From assembly GCF_009834535.1 (NCBI RefSeq), contig NC_045696.1, positions 6,388,001-6,452,000 on the forward strand: DNA of 64,000 bases. The letters run 5' to 3'. Positions within the stretch are counted from its first letter, which is position 1. Each line of letters starts with the position of its first letter. A model generated the notes under the pieces. The model saw only the letters and a list, made by a program, of their open reading frames with translations. It searched no databases and had not been told where the DNA came from. The translations under genes and the position numbers were made by a program. Positions 24,833 to 37,719 of this stretch are shown piece after piece. This DNA is from Camelus ferus. Lineage: Eukaryota.

Positions 24833-26684
24833 GCCTTTTAACTTTTTTAGGTGGTTCACTGCCTTGCTGGAGAAGACAGAATTTATGGTGTGTGGTATAC
24901 TGCAGGCCCTGAATGAAAATGGCCCTAATGGATGAGTGAATGAATGAATCTGAACATTTAGTGGCATCTTTGTACAGTTGTTACTTAAGTTACGCTCACC
25001 ACCTGAGTAGCTTCTGAAGTCTTTTCCTAAAGGACCAAATCCCTTTAACTTTCCTCCCTAGTAACTTCTCTCCTTGAGACAAATAGACCAAAACATACAC
25101 ACTCCACTCAACTGATGGAATTTTCCAAAGGGATAGGAAACTAAGTCTCAAGTGAAGGTGTTCAGTGTTTTGATGTTAGGATGGGTCTTTTGGAGATAAA
25201 TGTTTGAAGCCAGGAAAAACAGCAGCAAGAGGAAATAATGCATGTGTAGCAGCGATGGAAACATAGAGGATCTGCACCATGGGAACTGAGACCACTATTA
25301 TTTTCAAATTTCCTTCATGTTAGTACAGCTGTGAGGATGCCACGAAGCAGGTTTATGTATTTCCAGGCCCGTCCTGGGCGACCCCATCTATAACCTCCAT
25401 CCACAGGCTCCGCTGCTCCTTCCTCATTGTCAACCCTTAGCTCCTCCATCAGCACTAGGCATGTGCAAGGGATGCTGAGAACAAATCTGTATTTTGAAAG
25501 TTCCCAGACGCTGAACAAACTCTTTCCAGGGCCTTTGGTCTGCCCTCCCTGTCCACAGCCTGCCATGGCCTTTGGGTCTGGAATGACCTCTCCATCCCAC
25601 CTCAGCCCTGTCCTACCCAGCACGTGCCCTCCTGCCTCCGATGCCTCAAAGCTTCTCAGACTTGAAGGTCACATCCATGCCAGGCCTATAGTTCCAGGAT
25701 TCTGCAAGTTGGCTGCCGAGTTCCAGCTAAAAGGTGTGAAGGAGACAAAGGAGGGCCCGTTGGAGTGGAGCTCACAGCCGTCAGGGCCTCAGATATTGGG
25801 GTGGAAATCTAACATCCTGTGGATATTTGTAGATTCCCAAGAGTATGAAAACCCTGTGTTGGGCAGCACTTGGGAGGAAATTTCCAGATGTCCACCTTAG
25901 AAGAACTCAACCCAATTACCAAGACCCCTGCAGCTACAGGGATCGTGGGTTAATGGTCTGTGGCTTAACCACCTAAGAAGGCACTGACACATTTTTCTGT
26001 TTCATCCACTAAGCTGGATTTTCTGTTTGGTGTTTCCCTATTGCGTATGATTTCACTGTGTCCGGTAACTTTCAGATCTCACTTAAAAATATATATAGTC
26101 CCTTTTTTCTTTTTCTAGAAAAGCATGCTTGTCTTTATCCACGTGGCCTTGGCTGCCTGGACTAACAGTGGCCCTGTGGGCTGTGAGCTGTGAGCTGAGG
26201 GCCAACAGCCGACTCCTTCCTGCAGACACACAGCGGGTTTCCCACCCCAGTCCCAGTCCTGTGGGGCTCCTGGGGTCCCCTGGCCTGCTGCCTCCCAGGG
26301 GGCCAAGCCTGTCCTTTCTCTGCCTTTGGGCCTGCCCCTCAGCCAGGAAGACTGGGAGACTTCAAACTCCATATCTAAAGACTTGGCTGCTGGAGTTGGA
26401 AATTCAACACAAGGATTTCCTTCTGAGGTTTTGAAGAGGCGTGTCACTCTAAGCTAAACTGAGTGGCCCCAGGGTCTCCTCCCAGCATCTGTGCGTGTGG
26501 CTGGTTATAGTCAAAGGGGGAGAGCAGGCCACAGTTCACTGTTCCCCTGTGAATGTTTCCAATCCGCTGTCACAGATGGGGTTTTGACGTGACAGTTTCT
26601 GAAGGAGCTAGCTGGAGAAATGGAAGCCAGGTGGAAGGTTTGCATCCCATGTGCCTACCCTCTGCTTCCACCGAGCCTGGGCAC

Positions 26685-27083
26685 CGTCGTGGTCTGCTCC
26701 AGCTGCCACCGCAAAATACCGTAGACTGGGAAGCTTAAGCAATAGGAATTTATTTGTCCCAGTTGCAGAGACTGGAAGTCCAAGATCAAGTTGCCGGCAG
26801 GCTTGGTGCCTGGTGAGAGCACTCTCCTTGGGTTGTGGATGGCTGCCTCCTCACTGTATCCTCCGTAGCAGAGAGAGAGAGGGAGAGAGGGAGGGAGAGA
26901 TCTTGTCTCTTCGTCTTCTTATTAGGACACTAATCCAATCCTGGGGGCCTCACCCTCAGGACCTCATCTAAACTTGATTATCTCCCAAAGGCCGCACCTC
27001 CAGATGCCATCATGTTTGGGACTAGGGCTTCAACAGGTAGTTCTTGGGGCAAGGGTGGGGACACAGTTATTCAGTTCATAACA
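26685..27083 (-). mobile_element. MaLR solo LTR (MLT1A-like), ending ~140 nt upstream of the 152-nt exon
   Basis: aaaataccgtagactggg...ctggaagtccaagatcaag...ctagggcttcaaca...attcagttcataaca. Confidence 0.85.
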
Positions 27084-27221
27084 GACCCCGTATTTGTCTT
27101 TTCACACACATGTGTCTTCTCCTCCCCCTTCCTGGCTTCCCTCTGCGGGTCCCCAGAAGACCAAGGAGGCCCGCTTTCGGGTGGCCACGGTAACGGAAGA
27201 ATGTGTCTTCTTCTCCTGCAG

Positions 27222-27373
27222 AAACTCCCCCGACGAGTGCAGCCTGGCCAAAGGCGGGAAGATGGTGAGCAGCCCTGACACCGTGGGGATGAGTTACGGC
27301 AGCTACATGGAGGAGAAGCACATGCCGCCCCCAAACATGACGACGAACGAGCGCAGGGTCATCGTCCCCGCAG
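27222..27373 (+). CDS. ERG: ERG coding exon, 152 nt (NSPDECSLAKGG...RRVIVPA)
   Basis: Acceptor ttcttctcctgcag|A, donor CAG|gtcaga; AG+A completes the Arg codon from the previous exon; peptide matches ERG; phase 2 to 1. Confidence 0.98.
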
Positions 27374-27540
27374 GTCAGAGGCTCGCGGCCGGCTCCGCGT
27401 CCGCAGGCCACGCCTTTCTAGAGCTTCTTTCAACCCTCTCTTCTCGCCCGTGGCTTTGCTCACCCTCAGCCGCCTAGCAAGATGCCTGTCAATGGAACCC
27501 ATGAGAAGTTGGTCTACCTGTGACGACATGTTCCCTGATC

Positions 27541-27574
27541 TGTGTGTGTGTGTGTGTGTATGTATGTGTGTGTG
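27541..27574. repeat. (TG)n microsatellite
   Basis: Directly visible. Confidence 0.9.
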
Positions 27575-30500
27575 GCGGGGGGAGAATCCATAAAAAGTGA
27601 CCTTTCTAAGGAGGACTCGCCCTTTCTCTGAGATGATTTGGCAGAAAATCATTTTTCTTTTATTTTAAGGACACCAAATAAGCCTCTCTTTTATGAAATG
27701 CTGTTTATACTAGAAGGCAGGCCTTTAAAAAATTGTTTTCTAATCTGGCAGAACAAAAAGTTAGGAACCCTATAATGTGGTTCCATCTCAAAATCTGAAA
27801 TTCCAGCTATCACTGGCTTATGCTAGACTCTGGGAGTCAGAGTAAGTCTTTACTGCAGAAGTTATTCTAAACCCAACCCGCAACAATAGCTCTGGATTTG
27901 AGGAAGATGCCAGGAATTTATTTATTTAGCAAAACTAAAGGTTTTAGGAAGGCTGCCATCAAATTCCTCAGAGGAAATGCACTGCATACAACGCAGAGCA
28001 TCCCAGCAACCACAGCACTGGCACCGGCAGCCACTGCTCGGTGGGTCCTCACTCTCTAGTAGGTGTCTGGTAAGCGATTTGGAGACATTGAGATGTTGGT
28101 GCCGTGAAATTCTAGGAAACCAGAAGTGTCCTCATTCCAGTGACCCTGATATGGAAAATGAACCTCAGAGAGGTCAGCACACAGTTGATAAGAGGCCGAG
28201 TTGGAACTCAGACAGGCCGGCCTGACGCCTTCATTCTCTGCCTTCGGGTGTTGGAATGCATCCCAGCGCCTTCAGTAGCCCTGAGGGCTCCGTCCCATCA
28301 CTCTCTGAAGCCACCTGGTCTCCGTGTGGTTCTGCCTCAGCCCCAAACCCTTGACTCCAGGGAGTTCTGTCCTTCATCAGGGCTCCGTGCAAACATCTCT
28401 CCTTTCCTGGCCACCGCCTTCTAGAGCCGCCCCTCCCCCAGCGACTCTCAAGCCCCAACCTGCGTCGTTTTCCTTTATTGCATGTTCCCCTTGGTCGCCG
28501 TCGTGGATGTTGATGTGAAATTTTGCTTATTATCTTCCTCCCTCCATGGAGTGGAAGCCCCACAAAGTCCTCCCGTCCATGGCCAAGCACAGGGCCTGGC
28601 ACGTAGCAGCTCGGTGAATATTAACTGAGGGGAGGAGGGGTGAGAGGGTGCCCAGCCGCTGGGCAGTACCGCCCAGGAAGGTGTCCGTGGGCGGAGGTGG
28701 CGCAGACTTGATTCTCCCTTGCGCCAGAGCTCACCTCACGTCACCTCCGTGACCCCCTCCACGGTGTGATTCCCACCCCGCTCCTTATTCTCTGTAGGAT
28801 CACATCCCGCGGACTTCTCTTTCCACCACCTTCCAAACAGGAGCGTTCAGAGTGCAGAGCGCTTGGCATAACGTCCGACTTGGGTTCATGGTGGGTCTCC
28901 CTTCAGGGCTGGCACTGTGGTTTGAAGCAGAATGCATGAAGCTGATTGCACGCAGTTAGGTGTAAGAGGGGTCGTCCTTCGGGGCCACCCCTGATCCTAA
29001 AGCACTGCTGTAAGACTTCTGTGGGAGACGGTGGGCATGGAGTGTCATGTGTGCCTTATGAGAGGGGCAAAGCTGGTTCTGATACTCCCAGGAAGGCGAT
29101 CAACATGTATAGAGAAGGCATGAATTTGGTTTGATCGTGACAACTGAACTGTGACCTGAGACCCGTCACCTTTTGCCGTGATTTACAACAGGAAGCACCC
29201 CTGTGAGTGGGAAAACACACGGCAGTGCGAATGCCCGAGTTGCCCGTCCTGGGTGTGTGGCACCTAAAAGAGGCTTGAGAACAGGGATGTGCCTGGGGAG
29301 GGCAGGGGTGCTGCTGCCTCAGACACGGGCTGGATAGGAACAGGGTGAGGCAGAAGCCCAAAGGATGTCCGCCCAAGCCCCGGTTCACCTCACCCCTTGC
29401 CTTCCTCCTTAAGAATGTAATTTCTTCAATTTAGGCAAAAGAAAGTCTTTAGTTCTCTAAGATGGGAAGAGAGTCAACCTGAGGAAAGGCCCGCACTGAA
29501 GATTCTCATCTTGGTTGCTCGTGGAATCACATCCTTTTCACTGAGGAGGTCCTGTTTCTGTCTTGCTATCAGTGCGCTTTGATGCCATCAATAGCTTTTC
29601 CGGAGGCCAAGCATGTGGCTGCAGATATTCAAAAATGAAATGTCTGCATTCAAACGTTTCAAAATACAAAAAAATTCAAAAAAAATTTTAAAAACCATTT
29701 TGAATTCAAACGAAAATGAATGTTTGACTGCAAACATTCAAAAATGAAATGTTCAGAAAACAGGAGAGATAGTTACATGGAAAGAGGCGTAGGACCAGTA
29801 GAATCGAGGCAGAGCGCCCAGCGTTTCTGAGCTGGGTCGTGGGTACTCAGAGAACGGCAGTTGGACGGGTGGGAGGAGGATTACGCAGATTGGCTCATAT
29901 GGAGTTTTTGTGTAAAGGCTGGTTTCATCTCCTGAAGAAAGTCCTCTTTCAGCTGTTCCCTCCTTTGGTTGCTTCACACCAGCACGGAGGCAGTTATTCA
30001 GTTAATGGTGTTTGTAAGAGAGCTAATTGTGGCTGATTGTGCAAGTTGTGAGGCTTTCAGTTATTGGTCAAACCTCACGTATGTGTGCTCATACATGCAC
30101 ACGAATGAACACACACACACACACACACACCCCTGCACTGCACCATCTGAATGATTCCCCGGTGTGAAAACTGCAGGAACTGGGGGCAGCTCTGTTAGCC
30201 ACTGGATCTCTGCTGGAGCTGTGGGATCCAGGCACCTCGCTCAGGCACATTTTGGGCACAAAGAGGTCTGTGTACATAGTGGGAGTTCTCCAAACCCAGT
30301 TCCGACTGGTTCATGCAGTTCCTACTAGTTAAACATATCGATTGGTACTCATAAAAGCAAATCAAAATGATAGCAGGAAAAAAAACATTAATTATTCCTA
30401 AGCATTTGCACCTTCAATCAACCTCATACCAACAATCATCTTCTAGACCTAGAAACGGTCCCGGTGCACACTGAGCAGAAAATCAGTGGGTAGACAGAGA

Positions 30501-31176
30501 GGAGGGAAAACAAGACCTGGGGGCACTGTCTGCATTCAGATTGGGCTCCTGTGCCTGGATTTCTCACTTCTCCAAGTCCCTGGTTCTGAGACTCTCTGCC
30601 TTTAATTAACTCAAGAGCTTTAAAGAAACTCATAAAATACCCCTTAATGAATAAATACATGCCTTCATTTAATAAATTTACCCTGTCTCCTTGTTTCAGA
30701 ACAAGTGTAAGAAAGCTCACCCAAATGTAAGTAAATGTATTAGAAACATGGGCTAAAGTAAGAACTTAATAGAGGCAGTGAGACCAGGAGTGAGGTTTGT
30801 ATGTTTATGTATCTGTGCTTGTATCTTTTAATACAAACTTTTAAATCCCACACAACTGCAAAAGGTGGGTGTTCTTTGACCCCGAGGGGTCAGCAGGCTG
30901 AGTGAAGGGGATGTCTCAGTCAATACGTGCTTCAGTGTCTCCAGGAGAAAAAGAAAACTAATGTGGGCGGATGGCCCAGCTGGTAATTCTGAGTCTGGAG
31001 AAAAATGCATTCCTCGGTTTGTCATAGGAGGGTGACAGGGAAGGCACGAGGAAAGTGCTCAATCAGTAAGGTCACCAGACACTGTGGGGGGCCCTGGCTG
31101 TTGTCCTGGCAAGATTGGTGATTGTACCTCTCCTTCTCGAGGTGTACTAGTTAGATAAGACATCACACCTGTGCTT

Positions 31177-31179
31177 TCT

Positions 31180-31237
<58 letters not shown>

Positions 31238-31285
31238 ATTTGTTCTTTCTCTCTCTGTCTCTATGTCTGTCTGTCTGTCTATCTG
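31177..31285. repeat. (TCTA)n [(GATA)n on minus strand] followed by (TCTG)n microsatellite
   Basis: Directly visible. Confidence 0.95.
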
Positions 31286-34200
31286 GTGTGCATATCTATG
31301 TGTCTAGGTCTACATCTCATGGGGTTAGGCTGTTTCTTAGGCTCATGGTTATAGATCAAAATATCATTCAGTGCCATCAGTCTTAATTAGAGGGGCCCCA
31401 GACGTGGGTGACCTAGTTAAAGGGCTCTTTGTCACCTCAGCTTAATTTGGAGGCTGCCTGGGAAATGTTTCTCCAAGTATGATCAGAACCCCTTGCATCA
31501 GGATTCCCTGGGAGACTTCTGATTTAACCATTTAAATTTCCAAACTTCCTGAATCCGGGTGCAGGGTTGAGGATTCTACATTGTGAGCATTGTGAACACA
31601 TTCCTGGGGGGTTTCCACGCATGATAGGGCTCTGATCCAGAGGGAAGACACTGAAGGAATTTTACTCTAATAGAGCTTAGTTATTTTGAACAAAGGCATG
31701 ATATGTCACTTTTGGAAGAGGGAGTTGACAAAATGGAAGAACAGAAAATAAAGAACAATTGCACAGTGACATCCCCCTCACCCCACCTCCCCATGCAAAA
31801 AATGAAGAATTGCTTACTTGTAGGAAGGAAATTTGTCTTCCTAAAGCTGCTTTTGGGGGCTGGCATTGGCTGGCACCATAAATTCTGTAAAGAGCACATG
31901 TCAAGGCATTCACAGGAAAATCCTGGGCCAGTAACAAAGCACAGCATACAGTGTGCAGGCTGAGAAAGGAGCCCCGCCGCTCCATGCACCGTATTGGCGC
32001 TGAGCTCCATTCTGACGCCTTGATCAGGCCCAATACTCGGCCTGCATCCATTTTACTGTGTTTTGATCAACAGTCACAACAACTTGGGAACAACATGGAA
32101 TGTGAACGCTGGGGGTTTCCAACTCTCCTTCACCAAGGCTGAGAACGTAGACCGATGTTTAGAAACAATGGGTCCCCATCATGCAACGGAACCAGTATGT
32201 TCTAAAGCACGTAAGTTTTGTGATGTCTCATGAAGCATCTGCATCAGGGATGCTGTCCCTCTGTGTACTGGGCAGCCTCTGGCAGTCATTGTTACTTTTT
32301 AGGTGTTGACAGTGTGCTCGGTGATTTGCTAACCCAGAGGGCCAGCAAAGAGGAAGGCATGGTCTTCATCCACTTTTCTTAAATGTTGCAAAATACTGAC
32401 CAAAATGCAACAGAACCTCGGGTTTCAGCAGCTTACATCATTGTGAAAAGATTTTTCTCGCTGTTTGTATTCCCTAAAATAAATGCCGAGGCGTCAGGCT
32501 TTTCAAACACTTCTATTTTGACTTTCTAAGTCACCTTGAGCCCAGGTGCTCATGGTAGTCAGAAGTCTCAGAGATGGAGTTGCCACATTTATCCCTTCAC
32601 TGGTTCATTGTCTGCATTCATTCATTCACTCATTGAATACCGAGCACTGATAATACCCCAGTCACCAAGAATAAAAGCATGATTGTGAACTCCCTCTCCA
32701 TGGCCCCCAAAATGCATGGCTGGAACTACTTGTGTTGTGTCTAACCTGGGCCCTCCGTGCGGGGTAACTTGTACTCAGTTCGCGAGGTGTTCCCCGGGTG
32801 CCTGTTACTCTGATGCTGGTCACAGAGGAAGTGACCAGAGCCTGTGAGACGCAGATAAGGACCGGACACATGAAGTAAGTAGTTTGTGACCGGAGAGTGT
32901 GTGATTAAGAGCTCAAATGAGTGATTCAGATGAATGTTTCAACATATCTGAGGAACAAGATGACTATAAACGCGACTCATAAAGAAAAGCTGCCTTTGGG
33001 CCCTCATGGCATGATTTCTAAATTCCTTTGCAGCCTCCGCCATTTGCCTCGGCCCATCCTGCCCTCTGGTCACATGGTGCCACTGGTACTCTGCGTGGTC
33101 ACCATCCAGTGTCTGCATTCATGCTGTTCCCCCTGACGGGGTGCCCTTCCTCCTTCTCTGCTAACAAATCCTTCTCCTTCCTCAAGGCATCTTTGAGATC
33201 CACCCTGTCTAGGAAGTCATCCTCGGTCTCCTGACGTCTTGTTTCTCTGACAACATCTTACCAGTTCTTTCATCACCACACTTAATTTTGTTTTACATTA
33301 TTTAGAAAATATTATATATTTTATATAATGTATTATGTTACTTATAATGCACCTGTATACTGGATGTAGCGTTTGAGATGACTTGTGAACTAAAAACTGA
33401 TAATCATGTGAACCAGTGACTGAAGAAACAGAAATTCGGGGTTGTACTAGGTAATTACAATGATTAAGGTAAAACCAAAATCCCATGAAGGAAGAATGTA
33501 GCCAAGTTGGCCACCGGCTTGGCCAGGATGCTGTAGCTGAGCCCCCAGCATGGCTTTGAGCCGCATCCCTGAAGCAGATACTTCATGAGACATCACAAAA
33601 CTTACGTTCTCTAGAACATATTGGTTCTATTGTACAACGGGGACCCACTGTTTCTAAACATTGATCTACGTTCATGGCCTTCGTGAAGTGAGTTGGAAGC
33701 ACCCAGAATTCACATAAGAAGAGCCATTTGGGGAAATTATCTCCATTTTCAAAAAGAAATTTCAGAGGGAAGGCAATGTTTTTCTCAGCGCAGAATCCTG
33801 AAAGCAGCATTCCTGGACTTAACGCTCGCAGTTCACCGAGGCCGCAGCTGTGACCGCCCTCCTCCCTCAGTGGCCGTGTACCACATGGTAGAAACCTGTT
33901 TCTTGTGACGCCCTCCATGAACAGAGTGAACTGCACCAGCAAACAGCTCAGTGCAGACAGAGAGCCAGCGTGCCCAGTGTGAGTCTTTTTGTTTGTCTGG
34001 TTTATTAGAAGGTCAGGATTTTGCGTTCTTGGAGTGGCAGAAGGCTCATGTAGCCTACACGCAATCCTTCCAAATGTGGCATCTCTGAGCTGGGCTTGAA
34101 AGCAGATAAGTAACGAGTCACAGAAGAATATACTCTCCAACCAAGCCCAGATGGCCAACATATGACGATTTAATCTTACTAGAGTTATTTATAAGCTTGT

Positions 34201-34406
34201 CTGTTCCATTAGATTGTGAGCTTCGCGGGTTGGTGATTGTATCTTTTGCATGCTTACCCAGAGGACAAAGCAGCAAGCTGGTGGCCTGTGTGCAGAGGTC
34301 ACTAAACGTGCATTTCTTGATTTAATGGAAATCCAGATTTAGTTAGTGGGACTCACAGATCACAGGAGTTGGAGCTGCAAGATTCTTGATGGTCTTAGTT
34401 CAACTT

Positions 34407-34617
34407 TGTATTAGGTTCTTCAAAGAAACAGAGCCATCCCGTCTCTCTTTCTTTTTGTCTCTGTCTCTCTTGTCCTCTCTTTGCTTTCCTCATTCTGCCA
34501 AGTAAAATGCTGCTTTTTCTAGAAACACCCTCACAGATACACCCAGAAATAATGTTTAACCAACTATCTAGGCGTCCCATGATCCAGTCAAGTGGACACA
34601 TACAATTAATTATCAGA
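34407..34617 (-). mobile_element. Internally deleted MLT2 (ERVL) LTR nested in a MIR-like element
   Basis: tgtattaggttcttcaaagaaacaga...aaacaccctcacagatacacccagaaataatgttt...ccagtcaagtggacacatacaattaattatca; MIR-like flanks (atgagaaaatggagccctagagaggtgaag). Confidence 0.8.
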
Positions 34618-34764
34618 AATCTCTTAAACATGAGAAAATGGAGCCCTAGAGAGGTGAAGCAACTCTCCCGAGGACAGACTCACAGATGGGCGAGACCAGA
34701 CCAGGCCCTAGGCCTGTGTTCACTTGTACTTAAAGCACTTGTTGGTAAAACTATACATTCCTTT

Positions 34765-35021
34765 TTCTTTCTAATTAAAGTATAGTTGATTTACACAATT
34801 TTGTTAATTTCTGGTGTACAGCATAGTGATTCCGTATTTTTGAAGATTATACTCCATGACAGGTTATTACAAGATAATGGGTATAATTTTCTGTGCTGTG
34901 CAGTATCTCCTTGGTGCTTATCTGTTTTATGCATAATAGTAGTATCTCTTAATACCATACCCCTAATTTGTCCTTCTGCCTCCCCTCTCCCCTTTGGTGA
35001 GCACAAGTGTGTTCTCTACAT
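34765..35021 (-). mobile_element. L1 3' end fragment with degenerate TSD
   Basis: aagtatagttgatttacaca...ggtgtacagcatagtgattc; flanks aaactatacattccttt (34748) and aaactacgcatttcttt (35022). Confidence 0.85.
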
Positions 35022-35304
35022 AAACTACGCATTTCTTTATTTTATCTTGTCATGCTTCTGAACACCCCCAGGGATCTCTCCCATTATGCCTGCACTATGG
35101 AATGTGTTTCTATAAGCGTCTGTTTTACAATTTTTTTGTGTGCTAAGTCAAGCAACTAAAGAACCAAACCAACTAAAACTTAAAGCCTAAAACCAAACCT
35201 AATTATATTTTTAAACTATGAGCTGAGTCGTGACTGAGGAAACTGCAGTTGGGTTTTATATGTGTGTGTGGAATCGTAAAAACAGAAATGGCGAGAGCCA
35301 CTAT

Positions 35305-35545
35305 CTGCGGAGTGTACACAATTGTCAGGCACTTGGCCATGTACTTTGTTAGAGAGATATTATCTCATTTAAATCCCACAACTACCCTATGGTGTCGGTG
35401 CTATTTACTATTCTCACTTTACAGATAAAGAAACTAAAAACTAGGAGAACTAAGAGAGTTTCCCAGGATGTCCCAGCTAATGATTTGGAGAGACGGAATT
35501 CTGACTTAGTTCTGTCTGAATCTAGAGTTTGAGTTCTTATTCGTA
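35305..35545 (-). mobile_element. MIR SINE
   Basis: tctcatttaaatcccacaactaccctatg...cactttacagataaagaaactaa. Confidence 0.75.
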
Positions 35546-36250
35546 CACAACAAACACCATCAAAAGTGCCTGGGAAGAACACAAGGGAATAGAATGATGG
35601 AATGTATTTGTGAGATTGTTGCAGAGATTCTGAAATGGCCTTTTCAAAAGATACTCTGTTAATACATAAAGGAGGGGAGGAGATGTTCACAATTATCTAC
35701 CATGCTGTTCAGCACTTAACCCTACGCCTCCATGATAATGATTTATCTGTTTTTCTTGAAAACCAAGAAATGAATAGAATTGAATTGAAAATACCTTTGA
35801 TTTAGCAAGAGTGACTGAGAAGATGTTAGTAAATGTAGAAAAAAATTAAGATAGATGATTCTGGCTTGGTTCCTCCTGTGTTGAAGATCCCTATGGGGAG
35901 AGTTAGGTTTATTTATTTTGAAGACCGCTATGGGTCACCCACAAGGCAGTTCAGTGGGCCCATGTAGAGCTTGGGGTTAAAATCTTTTATCAGAAGTCAT
36001 CACACTTGAGTTCTAAACTGTGCCATTTCTGAGCTCTGGGAAGTCAGTCTTGCTGTTCCTTAGTTTTTTTGACACCGAAATAAAGATGATAGCAATGCGT
36101 ACTTTATCTGGTGCTGTATGGATTGAATAAGACAATATGTGTGAAATGCAAAAACAGTGCTAGGGATATAGTAGTTCTCCCAAAAACTGCAGCTCTTTTC
36201 ATATTTGATCAGGCATTTGGGAGAAAGCTCTAGACGCAAGCGATAGCATG

Positions 36251-36718
36251 TGTTACGGGTTGAATTGTGCCCCCACAAAAAGATATGTTGAAGTCCTAAC
36301 TTTCAGTGCCTTGGAATATGACCTGATTTGGAAATAGAGTATTTTGAGATTTGATCAAGCCAAGATGAGGTCATGAGGGTGGGCCTAATAAAATGATTGG
36401 TGTCCTCATAAAAAGGGGAAATTTGGATGCAAACATACACAGAGAGAAGATGTGAAGACATGGGGAGAAGGCCATGTAAAGATGGAGGCAGAGATTCGAA
36501 GGATGCAGCCCCTAGGCAGAGGAACACCAAGGACTGCTGACCACCACCAGAAGCTGGAAGAGGCAAAGGAGGATTCTACCTAGAGTCCCAGAGGGAGCGC
36601 AGCCCTCCTGACACCTTGATTTCAGACTTCTAGCCTCCAGAAATATGAGATAATAAACTTCTTTTTTTTTAAGCCACTTTTGTGGTGCTCTGTTCTGGAA
36701 ACCCTTGGAAAGTATACA
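36251..36718 (+). mobile_element. Complete MaLR solo LTR (MLT1C/D-like), TG...CA, with perfect 5-bp TSD GCATG
   Basis: tgttacgggttgaattgtgccccc...ctgacaccttgatttcagacttctagcctccagaa...tataca; GCATG at 36246-36250 and 36719-36723. Confidence 0.92.
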
Positions 36719-37719
36719 GCATGCATGTTGTAATTAGAACATGGGAGTACAGAATGCCCAGTGATGTCTATGGAATGAGGAGAGTGGAGGACCAAGGACA
36801 AAATTCCAGGAGCATCAACATTTAAAGAGGGGCAAAGAAAGAAAACCAGGAAGGGAGAAACCTGTAAGGAGAACAAGTCATTCCACTTCTAACACATGAT
36901 GAGCGTAAGCAGTGTTGTCATGGCATAACTACAGGGAGGCAACAGGGCAAATAAAGAAAAACAAGATCCCCAAACTAGATAATCCACTCAAGAAGAGTTG
37001 AGACTGACTCCATCCAAATAGTTTGGCATGTCAGAATGTGAAAGATATCTTTAGAGCCCAATGAAAATAATTCAGTCATGTATTTTTTTAATTAAAACAC
37101 AATGGAATTGTTGATTCTCACCAAGTTGAGAGTAGGCATACTTTTTCTTAATTTTTTTTTTTTTACAGTTTTTGGCTCTTTCATAGGGTTTAAAACACTT
37201 CATTGGTACAATTAATTTTTTGATAATCGATTAATTAATAAATGAATCAAGTAGAGCAGAGCATGAGGTAGTTTGATGGTTGCACTGAAAGTGGAAATGT
37301 TTTAAAGTAAATGTTAAAAAAATGCAGAGAAGACTCTTGGTTCTAGTGAAATATTGAACTTAAAAGGACGTCTTGCAGAGCACCTGGAAATGATGCCTAG
37401 ACTCTAACATCCTTTTAAATGCACAGCTGATCTGAGGAGAAAGTTCAGTGAATTCCTTAGGGATTAAAGACAACGGAGAGAACTGAGAATAGGGCACCCC
37501 ATTCTTATGTGATCACCTGGTTGTCTTAGATGGCATGGATGGGGTGGGGTTCCAATGTCTATGATACAGAGGTTTGGATTTTAAAGGCCAGTTGCAGGCA
37601 GGAGATGAGATCTTGGGCTTGCACAAAGCAGGAGTTGGACATGATCCCTCCCATTATCCTATACACACGTGCACAAAGCTGTGTTCCAACAATCCCAGTC
37701 TGTGAAATTAACCATTGAA

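Noticed and set aside
10846..36718. Repeat-driven circRNA of the 218/152-nt exons
   Set aside because: Flanking inverted repeats are from different old subfamilies or overlap by only ~35 nt; not supportable from sequence alone
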